Assembly (NCBI GenBank): GCA_027604505.1
Contig: JADIIX010000017.1
Span: 124,001 to 188,000 of the forward strand
DNA length: 64,000 nucleotides
Direction: 5' to 3'
Source of the DNA: Gonapodya sp. JEL0774
Taxonomy: Eukaryota
Position 1 is the stretch's first letter; every line of letters begins with the position of its first letter. The translations under genes were made by a program, and so were the position numbers. The notes beneath the pieces were generated by a model that had not been told where the DNA came from, ran no database searches, and saw only the letters and a program-made list of their open reading frames with translations. Positions 12,356 through 24,884 of this stretch are shown here, one piece after another.

Positions 12356-14217
12356 ATGCCACCGCCGCCGCCGCCGCCGCCGCCAGGTGAATACTAGATT
12401 AGCAAAAATGGCGTCTGAGCAGTTGGAAACAGTGGCCGGGTGGGGACACTCGAGTTTTGATGTACAACGAAGGATCTGTTCTCGATTTCCCGATGGCGAC
12501 AGGAAGCGGCTGCTTAATGCAGTTTACTTGCATGGAACGATGCCATCATACTTAGCGTCGCTGGTTTGGGCTTGCCCGTCCGTGTTTGATGGTTGTGGCT
12601 CACGTGGCTCCAACACTTTATCTTCTGGCAGGCGCGCCTCCTCCTCCACGTCCCGCAGCTCCTGCAGCGGATATACCTCCTCCGTCGGGCGAAAGAAACG
12701 CGCTGCTGTCGCAGATTCAAAAGGGGAAGAAGCTGAACAAGGTTCAGACCAACGACAGGTCTTCTCCCCTTGTCGCAGTATCCAAACCCTCGGGGGGAGG
12801 TGGCGGGGGAGGCGGTAGCATGGGATCATCTGAGAGCTTGAGTGGTGGTGGTGGTGGCGGGGCGAGACCGGGTGCGGGGATGGGTGGCCCGCCTGGCCTT
12901 GGTGGTTTGTTCGCGGGAGGAATGCCCAAGTTGAAGAAGGCGGGTGGAGGAGGCACAGGAAACAACACTCGTTCAAATGACGATGACGACGCGAGACCTG
13001 CAGTATCACCCAATCGCCCGGGTCCACCTCCTACTTTGCCGCGCTCAAATCAAGGCGCTGCCAAGCCCCCTCCGCCTCCCGGTCGCCCCAGTGACCCTCC
13101 TCCTCCTCCTCCCACTTTCCCGCGTCCGGGAGTCGGTGGAGCTGGTAAGGCACCGGCCCCGCCTTCTCGTGCTAGCATCCTTCCTCCCCCTCCTCCCGGC
13201 CGGCCTCCATCGGATCCACCGTCCGCCAACTCGTCGCCATCTTCCTCTCGCGCCTCCCTCGCCGCACCTCCCCCACCGAGTCGCGCAAACATTCCCCCTC
13301 CTCCTCCTCCTGGCCGTGGCGCTGCACCGCCCCCGCCCTCCCGGGGACCAGCTCTCCCCGCTCCTGTATCCAGCCCTCCCTCGAATCAAACAACCCCTTC
13401 TCTCGCTCGCCGTGCTCCCCCTGCTCCCCCTCGTGCTACGCCACCGCCGCCACCGGGCCGACTCAATGGAACCATGAAATCACCATCCCCTGACTCCGCT
13501 AACCGCTGGAACTTCCACTCCTCGACCGATTTCCCTTCACCCCGTCCGTTCCCCTACTCCTCCACCTCGTCACCTTCTGCAATCAAGCGCAACACCATGA
13601 TGTCCCCCCCGACATCCAATCGCCACGATTCCATCGTCAGTAACCACTCCGCGTCTCCCTCGCTGACCTCACAAAACTCCACCCGCCGAGCACCACCACC
13701 CCCACCTCCCGCCCGCCGACCTGCGCCTCCCCCTCCCGCGCGAGCTGGTGGACCTCCGATTCCTGCTCGAGGAGGTGGAGTGAGTGATGCAAAAAGTTTC
13801 GCGGACGAGATGATCCCCAAACTGGAAAAGGAGATTGGTCGGAAGGCAGCACAGATGGAGTTTGAGTGGTGCAAGGAGGCAAAGGAGGTGCTTCAGGTGG
13901 GTTTTAGTCATCGGAAATCGAGGGGCGGACGAGGTATTTCGATAGTAATCAAAGCACAGGCGGATGGGGGGAGTCTGATTGTCCCGTCTTCTGTCGGGCC
14001 AACGAGTGACGCCGGGGAACACGGGATTGGAGCGTTAAAGGGCACACTGTGATGTCTCTGCCTCAGATAACGTTTCTCGGTTCCGGATCTGCGCACCGTC
14101 TCTGACCACTTATCCCCTTCACTCTAGGCCCTCCAAAGACTCCGAGATACTCCCAACGTAGACCCGTCCGAGCTCGCGGCAGCTCGGGCTGATGTGAGAA
14201 GGGTTGGGGTGGTGTGA
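12356..14217 (+). CDS. VRP1: Verprolin / WASP-interacting protein (WIP); 3 exons
   Basis: MPPPPPPPPP exon 1 with GT donor; WH2 RNALLSQIQKGKKLNKVQTNDRSSP; GGLFAGGMPKLKK; polyproline tracts; WASP-binding-like RWNFHSSTDFPSPRPF. Confidence 0.9.
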
Positions 14218-14761
14218 GTGCCGCGGTCAGATCACCGAGGATATCATGGCGACGATGGTCGGAGAAGGAGGGGCTTTTGGTGTGATATTTGTTTTTTGTG
14301 TGGTTCAATTGTTTCAAAGGTTTGAGTGGCGGATGGAGTCGAGTTGTGTACGGCTTCCGACTCCGGTTCAGAGGGGGTGTGAAATCACCCTACGCGGAGT
14401 GGACTGAAGTACGGCAGTCACGTTTTTGTATATTGTAGTCATGTGTGGAAAATTTTGGGATTCGAACTCGGGCCCAGATAATTCCCGACGCCCGTCCAGT
14501 TGTGCACGTTTGCATCTGTGAGTAGAAGCCTGGTCAAAGTCAGCAGATGTGAGGTCGATTCCCTGAAGCGGGCCCCAGATGCGTGCAGTTTTCACCATGG
14601 TATATTATTGACTTGAATTCACAGAGCGCGTGACGAGCTTGTGATAAGCGACCATTCCAGTTCCGCCAACGGCCCACCACACCACTTATGCAGGGAACAT
14701 CAATCCACCCCACAATGCCCCGAACGGCACCAGCCCATCGCCACCCTACCTCAACGACTGA

Positions 14762-17441
14762 TTACATCACTATCCCTTCCATCTCATGCCCCGCCCACCA
14801 CATATCCCTCCCCGCAGGCCCGGCACCACCACCCAGGACGGCCTCGATCACATCCACGGCCGAGATGTGCCCCACAGGGCGATTGGAAGCGTCGACGATC
14901 CAAAGACTGGCGGACAAACACCACGCACAGTGACGGTGAGGGGCAAAGCGGAGAAGGTGGGGAAGAGTGGATGAGTGTGAGTTTCAAACCAAGATCTGTG
15001 CGCGCGCGAGCTCGCGGCGCATCTCAACCCGCGAGCCCCGTCCCGCCCCACCGTCCACCATCCACCTCACCTTCCGCCCCTCCCCGCGACCTGCACGAAC
15101 CGCTCTGCACAGTCCCACACCACCTCGTCGGCCCTGCATGTGTCCCGCTCCCTCTCCCTCGCCGAGCCCGATCCCGCGACGAGATCCCCGGCGGTCTTGA
15201 CGAGCGCGTCAGCGATAGATGTGGCAAATCCCGTGGAAGTGTTAGGGGCTACGTGCGAGGTGATCAGAGCAGGGTGGAGAGTGCCCAGGAAGGTGCCGGT
15301 GGGATCGACCACAGGCGCGGAAGGGTGGTGAGATTCTGTTCGGTGGGGGGTCCAGGGGCCAAATAAGATTCATGGGGGTGATGGGAGTCGGAATCGAGGC
15401 GTTTCGAAGTCGTATGTGAGTTGCGAAAACTTGTACCCGCGTGACCTTCCCTCCAAACAAAACGCAATACCCGTACCTATCAGTTCCTCCAACCCTGCCG
15501 CCGCACAAACACCCTCAGGCACGAGTTGCACGACTCGGTTTTCCCTCTCCCCTATCTCGATCCCGTTCCCGTTTCCATTTTCGTTCCCAAGACCGAAACC
15601 GCTCGCTGCCACGTCCTCGGCCGACCCCACGGGTCGGAGCAGAGGCGACACACCACCGTTGCTGCTGGCGGCACCGCCACTCCCGTCAATCTCGCGCGCG
15701 TCCCACTCTGCTGAGCTGGCAGACATGGACATGGACAGCGACACCGACGCTGCGCGGCCTCGTGCTCGCCGGGCTCGGCGCACGGCGTCGCGGACTTTGA
15801 TGGCAGCGATACGACGAGGGAGGGCACTTCGGTGGGCGGCGAGGTAGGCGACGAGGTGGGAGGGGGGGATCAGAATGTGACTGTGAGGGGCATGGTTGGG
15901 ACCGGTGACGGTGGCGGAAATCTCCTCCGTCCGTGTTCCCATCCCCGCGGCGGCTGCCACCTCCCCGTCCACTCTGACCACCCCAGCATAGGGTTCCCTC
16001 TTCATGACACTGGCGAGCTCCTCGAGGGAGGATTCTGGTGCGAGGACGGTGAACGCCGTGGAAGTGGATTCAGCGAGCATGGTGGCGTCAAGGCATGAGG
16101 AGACCGTGTGCGGGGGTTGGAAGTGGGAGAGGAGGGAGGCGTGGAGGTGGGCGTGGAGGTTGGGGAGGGTATGAGGGAACGAGAGGTCCTAATGGGACGA
16201 TGGTGGGGTGTTGGCAGGTGAGTAGGTGTGTTCGCGCGTGCACGGCATGGAGCATGGAGGACAACGGTTATGACGTCCGGGACCGTATCCCAACCTGTCC
16301 GTCCGGTACCCCCCATCTGCCCATCTGGCCATCCGTCATGTAAAACTGTATCTCACCCCGACTGTCCCACTCGGCCTATCCACCCTCTATCAAGCCGTCA
16401 TTATCGCACATGGTACCATCTAAACAACAACATACACCTCACACCGCAAACCCTATCGTCCAGGTCACACACTGCGCACGGCAACGACGACTTACCAGCG
16501 CAGCGCCGACACCTGCGGACTCTTCGAGCGCGTCTCTTAGGGACGAGAAGGCAGGGTGGATGGCGGAGTGGGCAAGGAGGGTCAGTGGGGTGAGGTGGGA
16601 GGTCTGGGGTGCGAAGCCGAGGGGTCGTGAGTGGATCAGAACAACACCGAATCCATGGAAATTGGAGCAAAAAATTGATGGGGGGAGAGTAAAAAGCATA
16701 ATATATCTATGGCGGCTCATGGGCCCGTCTGTGGAGCCTAGTCGCACCAGGGTTTGGTGGTGACACACGGTCTACCTCTACCTCGCACACAACTCTGCCA
16801 GTTTCCTATATTCCCTCGAGAGGAGCATCACAGACATTCTAGAGGTGCCAAGTTGTCTCGACCGAGGGGTTACACGCCGCTGGAAGTTCCCAATACTCAT
16901 TGTGGGGTGCATTTGTGTCAACAAACGCGAACAAAACCAGACCCCACACGGACACAACAAGGGAGAATGCATACGCAAGAGCGAATACGAGAAAATAAAT
17001 TGTCCCAAACTCACGAATTCTTTTTCGCCTGTGACTGGGTTTGGTGAATAGACCGGGAGCAGCTGCGCGTGGGAAGAGAAGAAAGTGGAGAAAGCGGAGT
17101 CGAGGGAACTGAAAAGAGAAAAGAAGATAAGAAGAGAAGAGAAGACAAAATAAGGAAAAGATGGCCACAGACTTGCGAGCGTTGATGTCAGCGAACGTGG
17201 GGAGCGCGATATTGGCTGAGCGGAGAAACAGCAGCAGAGACAGAACAGAACTCTGTGAGAGAAAAGGACTGATCGACTGACTGGGCTGAGTCGACTGCGT
17301 TGGCGTCAGAAGCGGCGAGCGCGGAGACTGCGGGGACCGGATGGACGGGGCAGCCAGCGTGGGAACCTGAATTGCCCCTCCTGCTGCGCGCGCCGCCCGC
17401 ATTTGAGCCGTATCGGTCTCTGTTGTGCTGTTGCTGGCCAT
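14762..17441 (-). CDS. CBS-domain protein (SNF4/Sds23-like, divergent); multi-exon, 5' end uncertain
   Basis: Exons VLAPESSLEELASVMKR..GVVRVD, APVVDPTGTFLGTL and LWIVDASNRPVGHISAVDVIEAV are CBS-type motifs. Linkage to the ATG at 17441 (MASNSTT..) is tentative. Confidence 0.6.
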
Positions 17442-17719
17442 TTTGTCCCTGTGAATCGGCCAACGGCGGCAATGCAACGCAATGGGATGATTCTCGTCGT
17501 TGGGACCTGTCGGCTCACAGGCCAAACCAGTTTTGCCCGTTTCAAACGTCAACGGGAAACAGCCCAGGCCACTCTCTTCTTTGCATTTTTCACTTATGCA
17601 TGTCACTTATGACAAGTGCTGCTCTCAATGCCACTTGAAACTTTTACCATGCTTCTGTCCCAGCAACATTGTGTAAAAATTCCACAGTAAAAATTTATTG
17701 TATTGAAATCTCACAAGTC

Positions 17720-20700
17720 ACCCATCAATTGAGTGACACATCTCAATTACTAAAACATTGCCCACTCTCAACACTGAAAAGTACTTCTTTGGACTAGTCT
17801 GCAACTTCTTCGTCCCCTTGCCAGAAACATTCACGTTTTGTTGGAGTCTGTTGCTGCGCCTGGTGGCAGGGGATTTCAGTCCTTGCCCCTTGGTCTCCTT
17901 CATTGTCTGACACTTCCCCAGAACTTTTATGCTCTTCTTGCAATTTTTTACGTGGTCCTTGAATGTTTTGTTTTGTATAAACAGCGCAAGGAAAGTGATA
18001 TTATGAGAATGTTTGAAAGCGCAGATACTTGGACTAACGTTACACTCACAATTGCGTCACAAGTACCACATCTGAATTTGCCCTCGGCTAAAGCCTGTTG
18101 TGTTTGAGAAAAAATGTGTATGGAAGTGAAATGTTAAATCTGGACTGCTTGCAGAAGTTCCAAGCATTGCCTGAGACACACCATTAAATCGTCATATTTC
18201 CGCTTTGCTTGCTTAGAACTGACATGCAAAAGCAAATCATCAGATGTCAGTAAAGTGTTGCTCTTAAAGTGCAAATCTTACTCACGATTTGTAAGGTTTG
18301 TTGTTGTTATTGGCATGCTTGCCATCCACAAACAAGATCATCTTCTTATCATAGCTGAAGTAACATCCACCAGCACGTTTTCGCCAATCTTGTCCAGCTG
18401 TTATTAGCAAGATGAACTTAATGCAACATGTTTAACTTGAAGAAGGTCAGTTTACTCACATACAAGGTGCATCTCTGCAATTCCACCATCTCTTTGTGGT
18501 CTAATGAACTGAGGAGGACCATTGCTTGGGAGATGAGCAGCACCATCTGTGTTTATCTCTGTGGCTGTGGCCACTTGCTCTGAAGTGCCTGTCTCAGTAT
18601 CAAATGATGACTGATCCATATAAAATGTAGGTTCTTCAGGAGCATCTTCTGTGGAACCCTCTTGTCATTCCATAGGAGTGACCTGTTGCTCTGAGGTGCC
18701 AGTCTCAATACCAGAAAATATCCAATTTATGTCTGATATAGGTTCTTCAGAGGTATACTTCTCTGTTGCTCCTACTGCATTCATTATATCAGAGGGTATA
18801 TCTTGGGTTTTTATGCGTTCTTCTATATGGTTCCAGCTGCAAAATGCCTGAACATCAACTCCCACATTTTCAAGCACAGATTTCACCAAGTGATATTTTT
18901 TTTCTATTATGGTTCCAGCTGCAGAACCCATTAACATCAAATCCTATATTTTCAAGCGTAGACTTTAAAAAGGGATAAGACACAGTGGGAGAAGCTTGAT
19001 GTGAGCCACTAGTAGGTATCATCATTGTGGTTATAGAAGCTGAAGCGAGAGAGGGCTGGTGGAACGCGGGGAGGAGAGCGTTGGACAGCTGAGAGAGCCC
19101 AGAGGTTGTTCTCTGCTTTCAGAACAAAGATTTAATGGGTGCTCATGAATGAGGTTGAGTAGAAGTGCTGAGTCAAAAATGGGGCTCAGCTGGGCTTTTA
19201 TCTGGTAGGCATACACACACGTGCTCACCTTAAAACTTTCGGGAAAAAGACTGTCTTGTATATTTCTCATCATCTCCAGTCCAATTCACACATTGAGCCC
19301 TTGCAATCTTTACAAGGTAGGTGATTATTTGCCCTTTTGTCCAGTTCATCCACCAAGAATTGATGGATTCCACTATGGCTTCCACTTCCAGTGTTGTCTG
19401 AGTAGATGCAGTCAGTTCCACCACTATTCTTTCAGCATCTTCTCTCTCCTTCCGAAACTCTCCTTGCACTTTTCTGAGAGTGTGTTTGGTGTTTTCTGCC
19501 CAGGTTTGTTCCTCTTTAATGCTTGCGACCATTGAACGTTCTCGCTCTAGAGTGATGAACCATGCCTTCTCTTTCAATTTTGTGATTTCCTGGAAATCAC
19601 GGTGTTGCTTCTCCAGGTGAGACTGTGTGTTTTGGAGAGCATATTCTGTGCTTTATGTCCGTGTTTGTTTCTCTGCAACGTGTGCGACCAATTGATTGAT
19701 TTTGTTGACACTCAACTGTTCCAAGTGAACTGATAGCTGAGTGTTCCATTCAACAATCCGACACAGACGCAAATTCCAGGACGAGAACAGAGTGAGAAGG
19801 AATGGAAAGGAAGTATGTTTGGAAGTAGCGTACAAAGTAAAGAAGCAGCAGTGAGAAATGAGAAAAACTGATGTTCGTAGAATATTTGACAGTTCCCAGA
19901 AGATCCTTTGGCCGTTTTGTACCTGCGTCTAAGAGAAGTTGTGCCTGTTTGTGTTCATAGCTGTGGAGTTCTGTTGCTGCTACCTTAATACCCAGCACCC
20001 ACTGGGCTTGTTGCTGAATGGGAGGAAGTTTATGAGTTGGTAGATGTGAAACTATGCTTCGAAAGAGGTCTGGATTCGAACGGGCTAAGAAGAAGGACCA
20101 ATGATTTAGTTGAGATTAGCAGCAGTAGACAGTTCTATCAGTGTTCCCTCCAATTTGGACCATTTTGCCCACAGACAGGTTCTGAAAGACTTTTGTGCAA
20201 CAGCATCAGGTCTTTTCAAATGGAGCGCTGTTATGGAACACAATTCATTATATCACATGAACTCAGGTATGTTGCCTCGCAGCACCCCCACACTCCGTAC
20301 TTGATGTTCTGTACTTTATTTTAATACAATTGGACATTGAAGTCGCGCTATTCCTCCTAGGTGACTTGCTCATACAGGCTTGCAAGAGGATGTCTGTGGA
20401 GCAAAGTTGGCTCTGATTCTTCAATGCTGGAGGAGAGCTAGCAATCCTAGCATGCAGAAACAGGCATTATTAATGGGGTTTAAAAGGGTTTCTTTTAACT
20501 TTACACGTGTAAATCTTCGTTGTTTTGCAGTGATATGAGTGAGTGAGTCAAAACTTGCTCACTCACTCACTCACAACTTGCGAGTACTAGTACAAGTTGA
20601 TAAAATTGTGAGTGAGCGAGTTGCAAGTCGTGAAGTCTTGCGAGTGAGTGAGTTGCAAGTTGAAATTGTTGGACTCACGGAGTCTACTTGCTCGGAAAAT

Positions 20701-22900
20701 CATGTTTACCCGGAAGGTAAAAAGTACCCATCACCATATATTTTGAGTATCTAGCTTCAAAATAATTCTGATATCAGTAAACCAACTGCTAAAATATCTT
20801 AAAATTCACTGCCACCCAAAAAAACATTGACAATTTTCTACTTTGGAGATCCTGGGACCAAAGTACAACTTGGATAATCAGGGAAATCCGCAAGAAAAAC
20901 ATATTAACCGCCGATCGAGTCAACTTGTGAGTTGCGAGTTTGTATTCATCACCAGTGAGTAAGTTGTGAGTCGCAATTGACCACCAGTGAGTGAGTTGCG
21001 AGTTGGCTGATTTGAGCAAGTTACTCACTCACTCATATCACTAATTGTTTGACATTTCAGAGTATGCTCCAATCACAGATCTGTTCATCAGCCCTCAGTG
21101 AGGTCTCTCAGCACTGTCAGAGAGGACTTATGTCACAGGTGCCCCAAAAAATCAATCAACCTTTTGATGAGGGAATCAGGTGAACTGCTTCTAGCTGGTG
21201 GTTTCTTTCACAGGAACTCACCACTTCATTCAGAGTGCCTGTTCCACCCCAGTATCTCTCAGGAATTGGTGGTGTCTCACAGTCAACAGCAGGTGCACAA
21301 AAAGGTCAAAAAAGTCAACAAGGCTCCCTTGGGGGGTACAGTGTATGCTTTCAAAAGTTAGGTAAGAATACATCAAAAGAATAGTGGCTCACAGTCAGGC
21401 TGTTCTCCATTATCCTGGTACTTGGACCAGGACCAACTGCCCTTACAATAAGCGGCTGAAGTACCTCCACTATCACAATCCCAATTTTCTTTGCGAGAAG
21501 CACCATCATCAACGACAATGTCCCAATTGTCACCAGTCCTTCCGGACTCTCTAACTGGTGTATTTTTGCAGTCTATGTCTGTGTCCAGGGCCAGAGCTGC
21601 TTCTTTCCTTTTTGCCTGAGCTTGCTTTTATTTTTTTTAGCTTGTGTGTGTTCATATTCCATCCTCGCAATGTTATTGGCCTTGATATAGTTATTTGCAA
21701 GTTTGATGTAACGATCCGCATCCACAGGATCCTCAAATTGCCTAATGTCAGAGTTGTTATGCTGGGTACTGTGCCACTGCACCAAAGTCTGCACCTATCA
21801 AGGACCCAGTGATCTTGCACGCATTACACGAAACACATGCTGCCTTTTTGTATTTGTTATTGGAGTACAATGCATGAGTGTCTGCATTCCATAGATGTTC
21901 AAGTCCCTTTGAAAACGCTTTACAAATTGAGAGTAATTTCAATGTTTGGCAAAATGGTTTGCTTTTCTGTACTCAAGACCAGCCAGTTCTGATGTCCTAT
22001 GTTTCTGCAATGCTTCCTGTGTGTGTCCTGTTTTTGTTGCTGTGGCTCAACAAGGGGGTTTCAGGCTGACGTGCCCAACTTCCCATATCTCCCATCCGAA
22101 ACTTCCTCTTCTCATCAGGAACTTCCCATCTTCCCACAGAGCTATAATGTGACATTTGATTACCATACACCTGATAGTAATATAGCTTGTGGATGATACC
22201 TGACCCAATTGCTGAGCCTTGAACGAATGTTTTATATTATTATGTAGGATCACCGTTTGCAATAAACTAATTCACTTATAGGATTCTTGGATTTCTTCCC
22301 GATTTCATTCGCACAAATGGTCTTGAGGAATGGTGACATCGTTTGACTCCATATTGAAAGCACATATTTCTGATCGGTTGTGGGGTTTCATGGTGTCTTC
22401 TCGCAATCCGGTTCCCCTCACAACGAAGGTGGTTTCGGCAAACAGGCACAAAGCGAGCAGCTCGTACAAATTTCACTGCGAATGTGTGATTGTTTTCATC
22501 CTTCGATCTTGTCGTGCGTCAGTCCCTTACGTGTACTTGCCATTTAGCATTTGCGATCCCTCCGTAAACTACTCATACACGGGAAGATCAAGCATCGCTT
22601 CTCGATTGTCTCGCTTGCTACAAGGGTCTTAATAGAGATTCCATATGCATAATTCGTTTTCATCTTGCTGGAAGAACTACAGCCACCCGCTCGAACGAGA
22701 GTCTAATCTGAAATTTTGAGCCCGATGTGGTGGTCGTAAGATACGTGATATTGAAGCTTGATGTGGAAAAGGTGGCTGTAGGTCTGCGAGCACGTGATTT
22801 TGATTTGGCGAGCGACTCTGTTTTTCTCGAAGCAAAGTCAATTCAGTCTTTGCACTCTTTGATGGCTTCATGGATCTTGCTGGGGACACATCAGATGATA
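17720..22900 (-). pseudogene. Degenerate spliced gene or TE-borne gene relic, AT-rich and CpG-depleted; identity unknown
   Basis: Recognisable GT..AG introns and exon-like frames broken by TGA/TAA/TAG (e.g. 20400-20050). Coiled-coil fragment at 19230-19577; spliced C2HC-like finger FRCGTCDAI | ..FKDHVKNC near 18090-17930; internal degenerate duplications at 18575-18750 and 18827-18965. Confidence 0.55.
20528..21043. mobile_element. Non-autonomous TIR element (MITE), hAT-like
   Basis: Perfect 20-bp terminal inverted repeat AGTGATATGAGTGAGTGAGT (ends read CAGTG.. and TAGTG..) extended by AACTTGCTC. Many subterminal GAGTGAGT/GAGTTGC motifs. Degenerate ~8-bp target duplication GTTGTTTTG (20519-20527) vs ATTGTTTG (21044-21051). 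No long ORF. Confidence 0.85.
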
Positions 22901-23303
22901 AGTTATTTTATTCAAACTCAACGAGTTCCTAGCGTACTTGGCAAATTAATAATGATGTCTGAAAACTTGGTGAGCGGCGACTGTAGGGAGCTAACGTCAA
23001 CACTCATTCATTTTGCTATTAACCTACGGCACCCCGTTTAAAATACATATGTTGATTGTCACGACTACGCAGGTTAGTCCAAGTGCGGTGCGAGTTTTGG
23101 CCCAGTCGGACTTTCTTCACAGATCAGTTCCGAACTTTGCTTCCGGCGATTCACCGGAAATCGTTGCCCCACTCGGCATCTGTCCCATTTACATAACCCA
23201 GTCCAGCCATTCCATCCAGTCGATCGCATCCATCGCTTCAACTCCTTCTCGCCCCCAAAAAACTGATTCCCGTTCCCGTTCCCCGACACATCACTTGAAC
23301 CAA

Positions 23304-24884
23304 ATGTCCGCACCCGCGGGAATCGAACGCACCGCTGCATCCGACTCGCCCTTCCTTCCAGCCCCTCCCATTTCCTCTCCGTCGTCGTCCGATCCCCCTT
23401 ACTTTGTCCACAGAGCGCTACAGGTCGAACGCATTCCCGATCGCGAAGGCAAGTGGTACAGCGCCTTCATCCCTCCAGAGTTTGCAAACTACGGGTGAGT
23501 TCTTGTGAATGTCTTTGGTTTTTCCCCCATCGTACACGGACGGTATTGCAGTGACGGGAAGTGAGAGTGGGAGTGGTTGGGTCACAGAAATGCTCCGCTC
23601 CATTGCTGGGGTCTTTTAGAGCGATAGGACGGAGATTATGAGAACCCCATTCATATCTTTCTCAAGCTATAACAGAGAGTGGGGAGCTGGGCATTGAGGT
23701 GGCATCGGCCACCATGCAAGTACCGGTCGTCGGTTTGCATTTAGGTTGTGCGAGACTCACATGATCCACCCCCAATATTCCCCACCGTGCAACCACCCTC
23801 GGCACCCTCCTTTCCGCGACCCCATCACACCTAGCGGCGTACCCCTTGGTGGCTTCCTCCTCGCCCTTGTCCTCCGCGCTCTGTTGTCTGCCCACCCGCA
23901 GCACCCGGAGCCCCTCACCTGCACCGCCGAGTTCATCGCCTCACCTCCCGTGAGATCCACGGTCGAGATCCATGTGGAAACATTCAAGGAGGGTAGGACG
24001 TTCGCGTTCGCGCAGGCGAAGTTGGTCGTGCCGGCGCCGGCGACAGGACCGGGCGCCAAGGGTCCCACCACCACCGCCACCCAACCACCACAACTCTGCC
24101 TCCATCTTACCGCAACCTTGGGTACCATCACCCCCCTCCGAAACTCGTCCGCCTTCACCGATCGGCGCAACCTATCGCACCCCTCGTACGCCTCACCCCC
24201 TTTACCTCCCCCGCACTCCCCTCTTTGCGTTGAGCGCGCGAAAGAGCTCAAAAAGTTCCGGTGGGCGCCATTTGTCGATCTGTTCCGCATGCACGAGTCC
24301 GTAGAGCACGTGGAGAGGAGCAGGAGGCGTGCGGGCGGGGTGGAGGTGGAGTTGGGGGAAGAATCGTCGACCGAGCTCCCGGAATTGCATCCGGTGTGGA
24401 TGTCCTGTCGGGACGGCCAGCCAGTGGATACCCTTGTGGCGGCTATGTTCGCTGACACGCCGTTGTTGGTGGGCGTACCCGGGGTGGGGAAGGCGAACAT
24501 GGTGGCCAAGCACGGAACCAGACTGACTTGTGGGTTGATCAAACGGGCTGTAAACTTGAGGTTGAGGCCCTGCGCGTAAAGAAGAAGGCGGACAGGACGT
24601 TGCGCTCACTCTCTCCAAAACCATCCCCAAATCCCCACGTCCCTCACACCCCCCACCCATCCCCAGACTCGACCGTCACCATGACCCTTGACTTCCACAA
24701 CCCCGTACCACCCGGAACTACCTGGCTGAAAACACTCCAGCGGAGCATGCACCGTCGTGGGGAACTGACGCTCAACGAGTTCCTGTGCTGGAGCGAGGAC
24801 GGCACGTTGGTGTGCTCGTCAAGACAGCAAGGGTGGATGAGGGAGGTTAAAGGGAAAGGTAAGGCGAAGGAAGCGAGACTGTGA
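23304..24884 (+). CDS. Double-hotdog acyl-CoA thioesterase-family protein, probably peroxisomal; multi-exon
   Basis: GVPLGGFLLALVLRA..HPEPLTCTAEFIASP; KEGRTFAFAQAKL; AMFADTP; STVTMTLDFHNP; WSEDGTLVCSSRQQ; ends -ARL (PTS1-type). Confidence 0.85.

Noticed and set aside
12300..17600. Numerous overlapping and antisense ORFs in the six-frame track (also at 23.7-24.6, 32-39 and 49-51 kb)
   Set aside because: Shadow ORFs of GC-rich, low-complexity coding sequence; no independent motifs.
17590..23100. Whole AT-rich block as one autonomous transposon or endogenous virus
   Set aside because: No terminal repeats at the block edges and no recognisable transposase, RT, integrase or capsid motif; kept only as an unidentified pseudogene relic.
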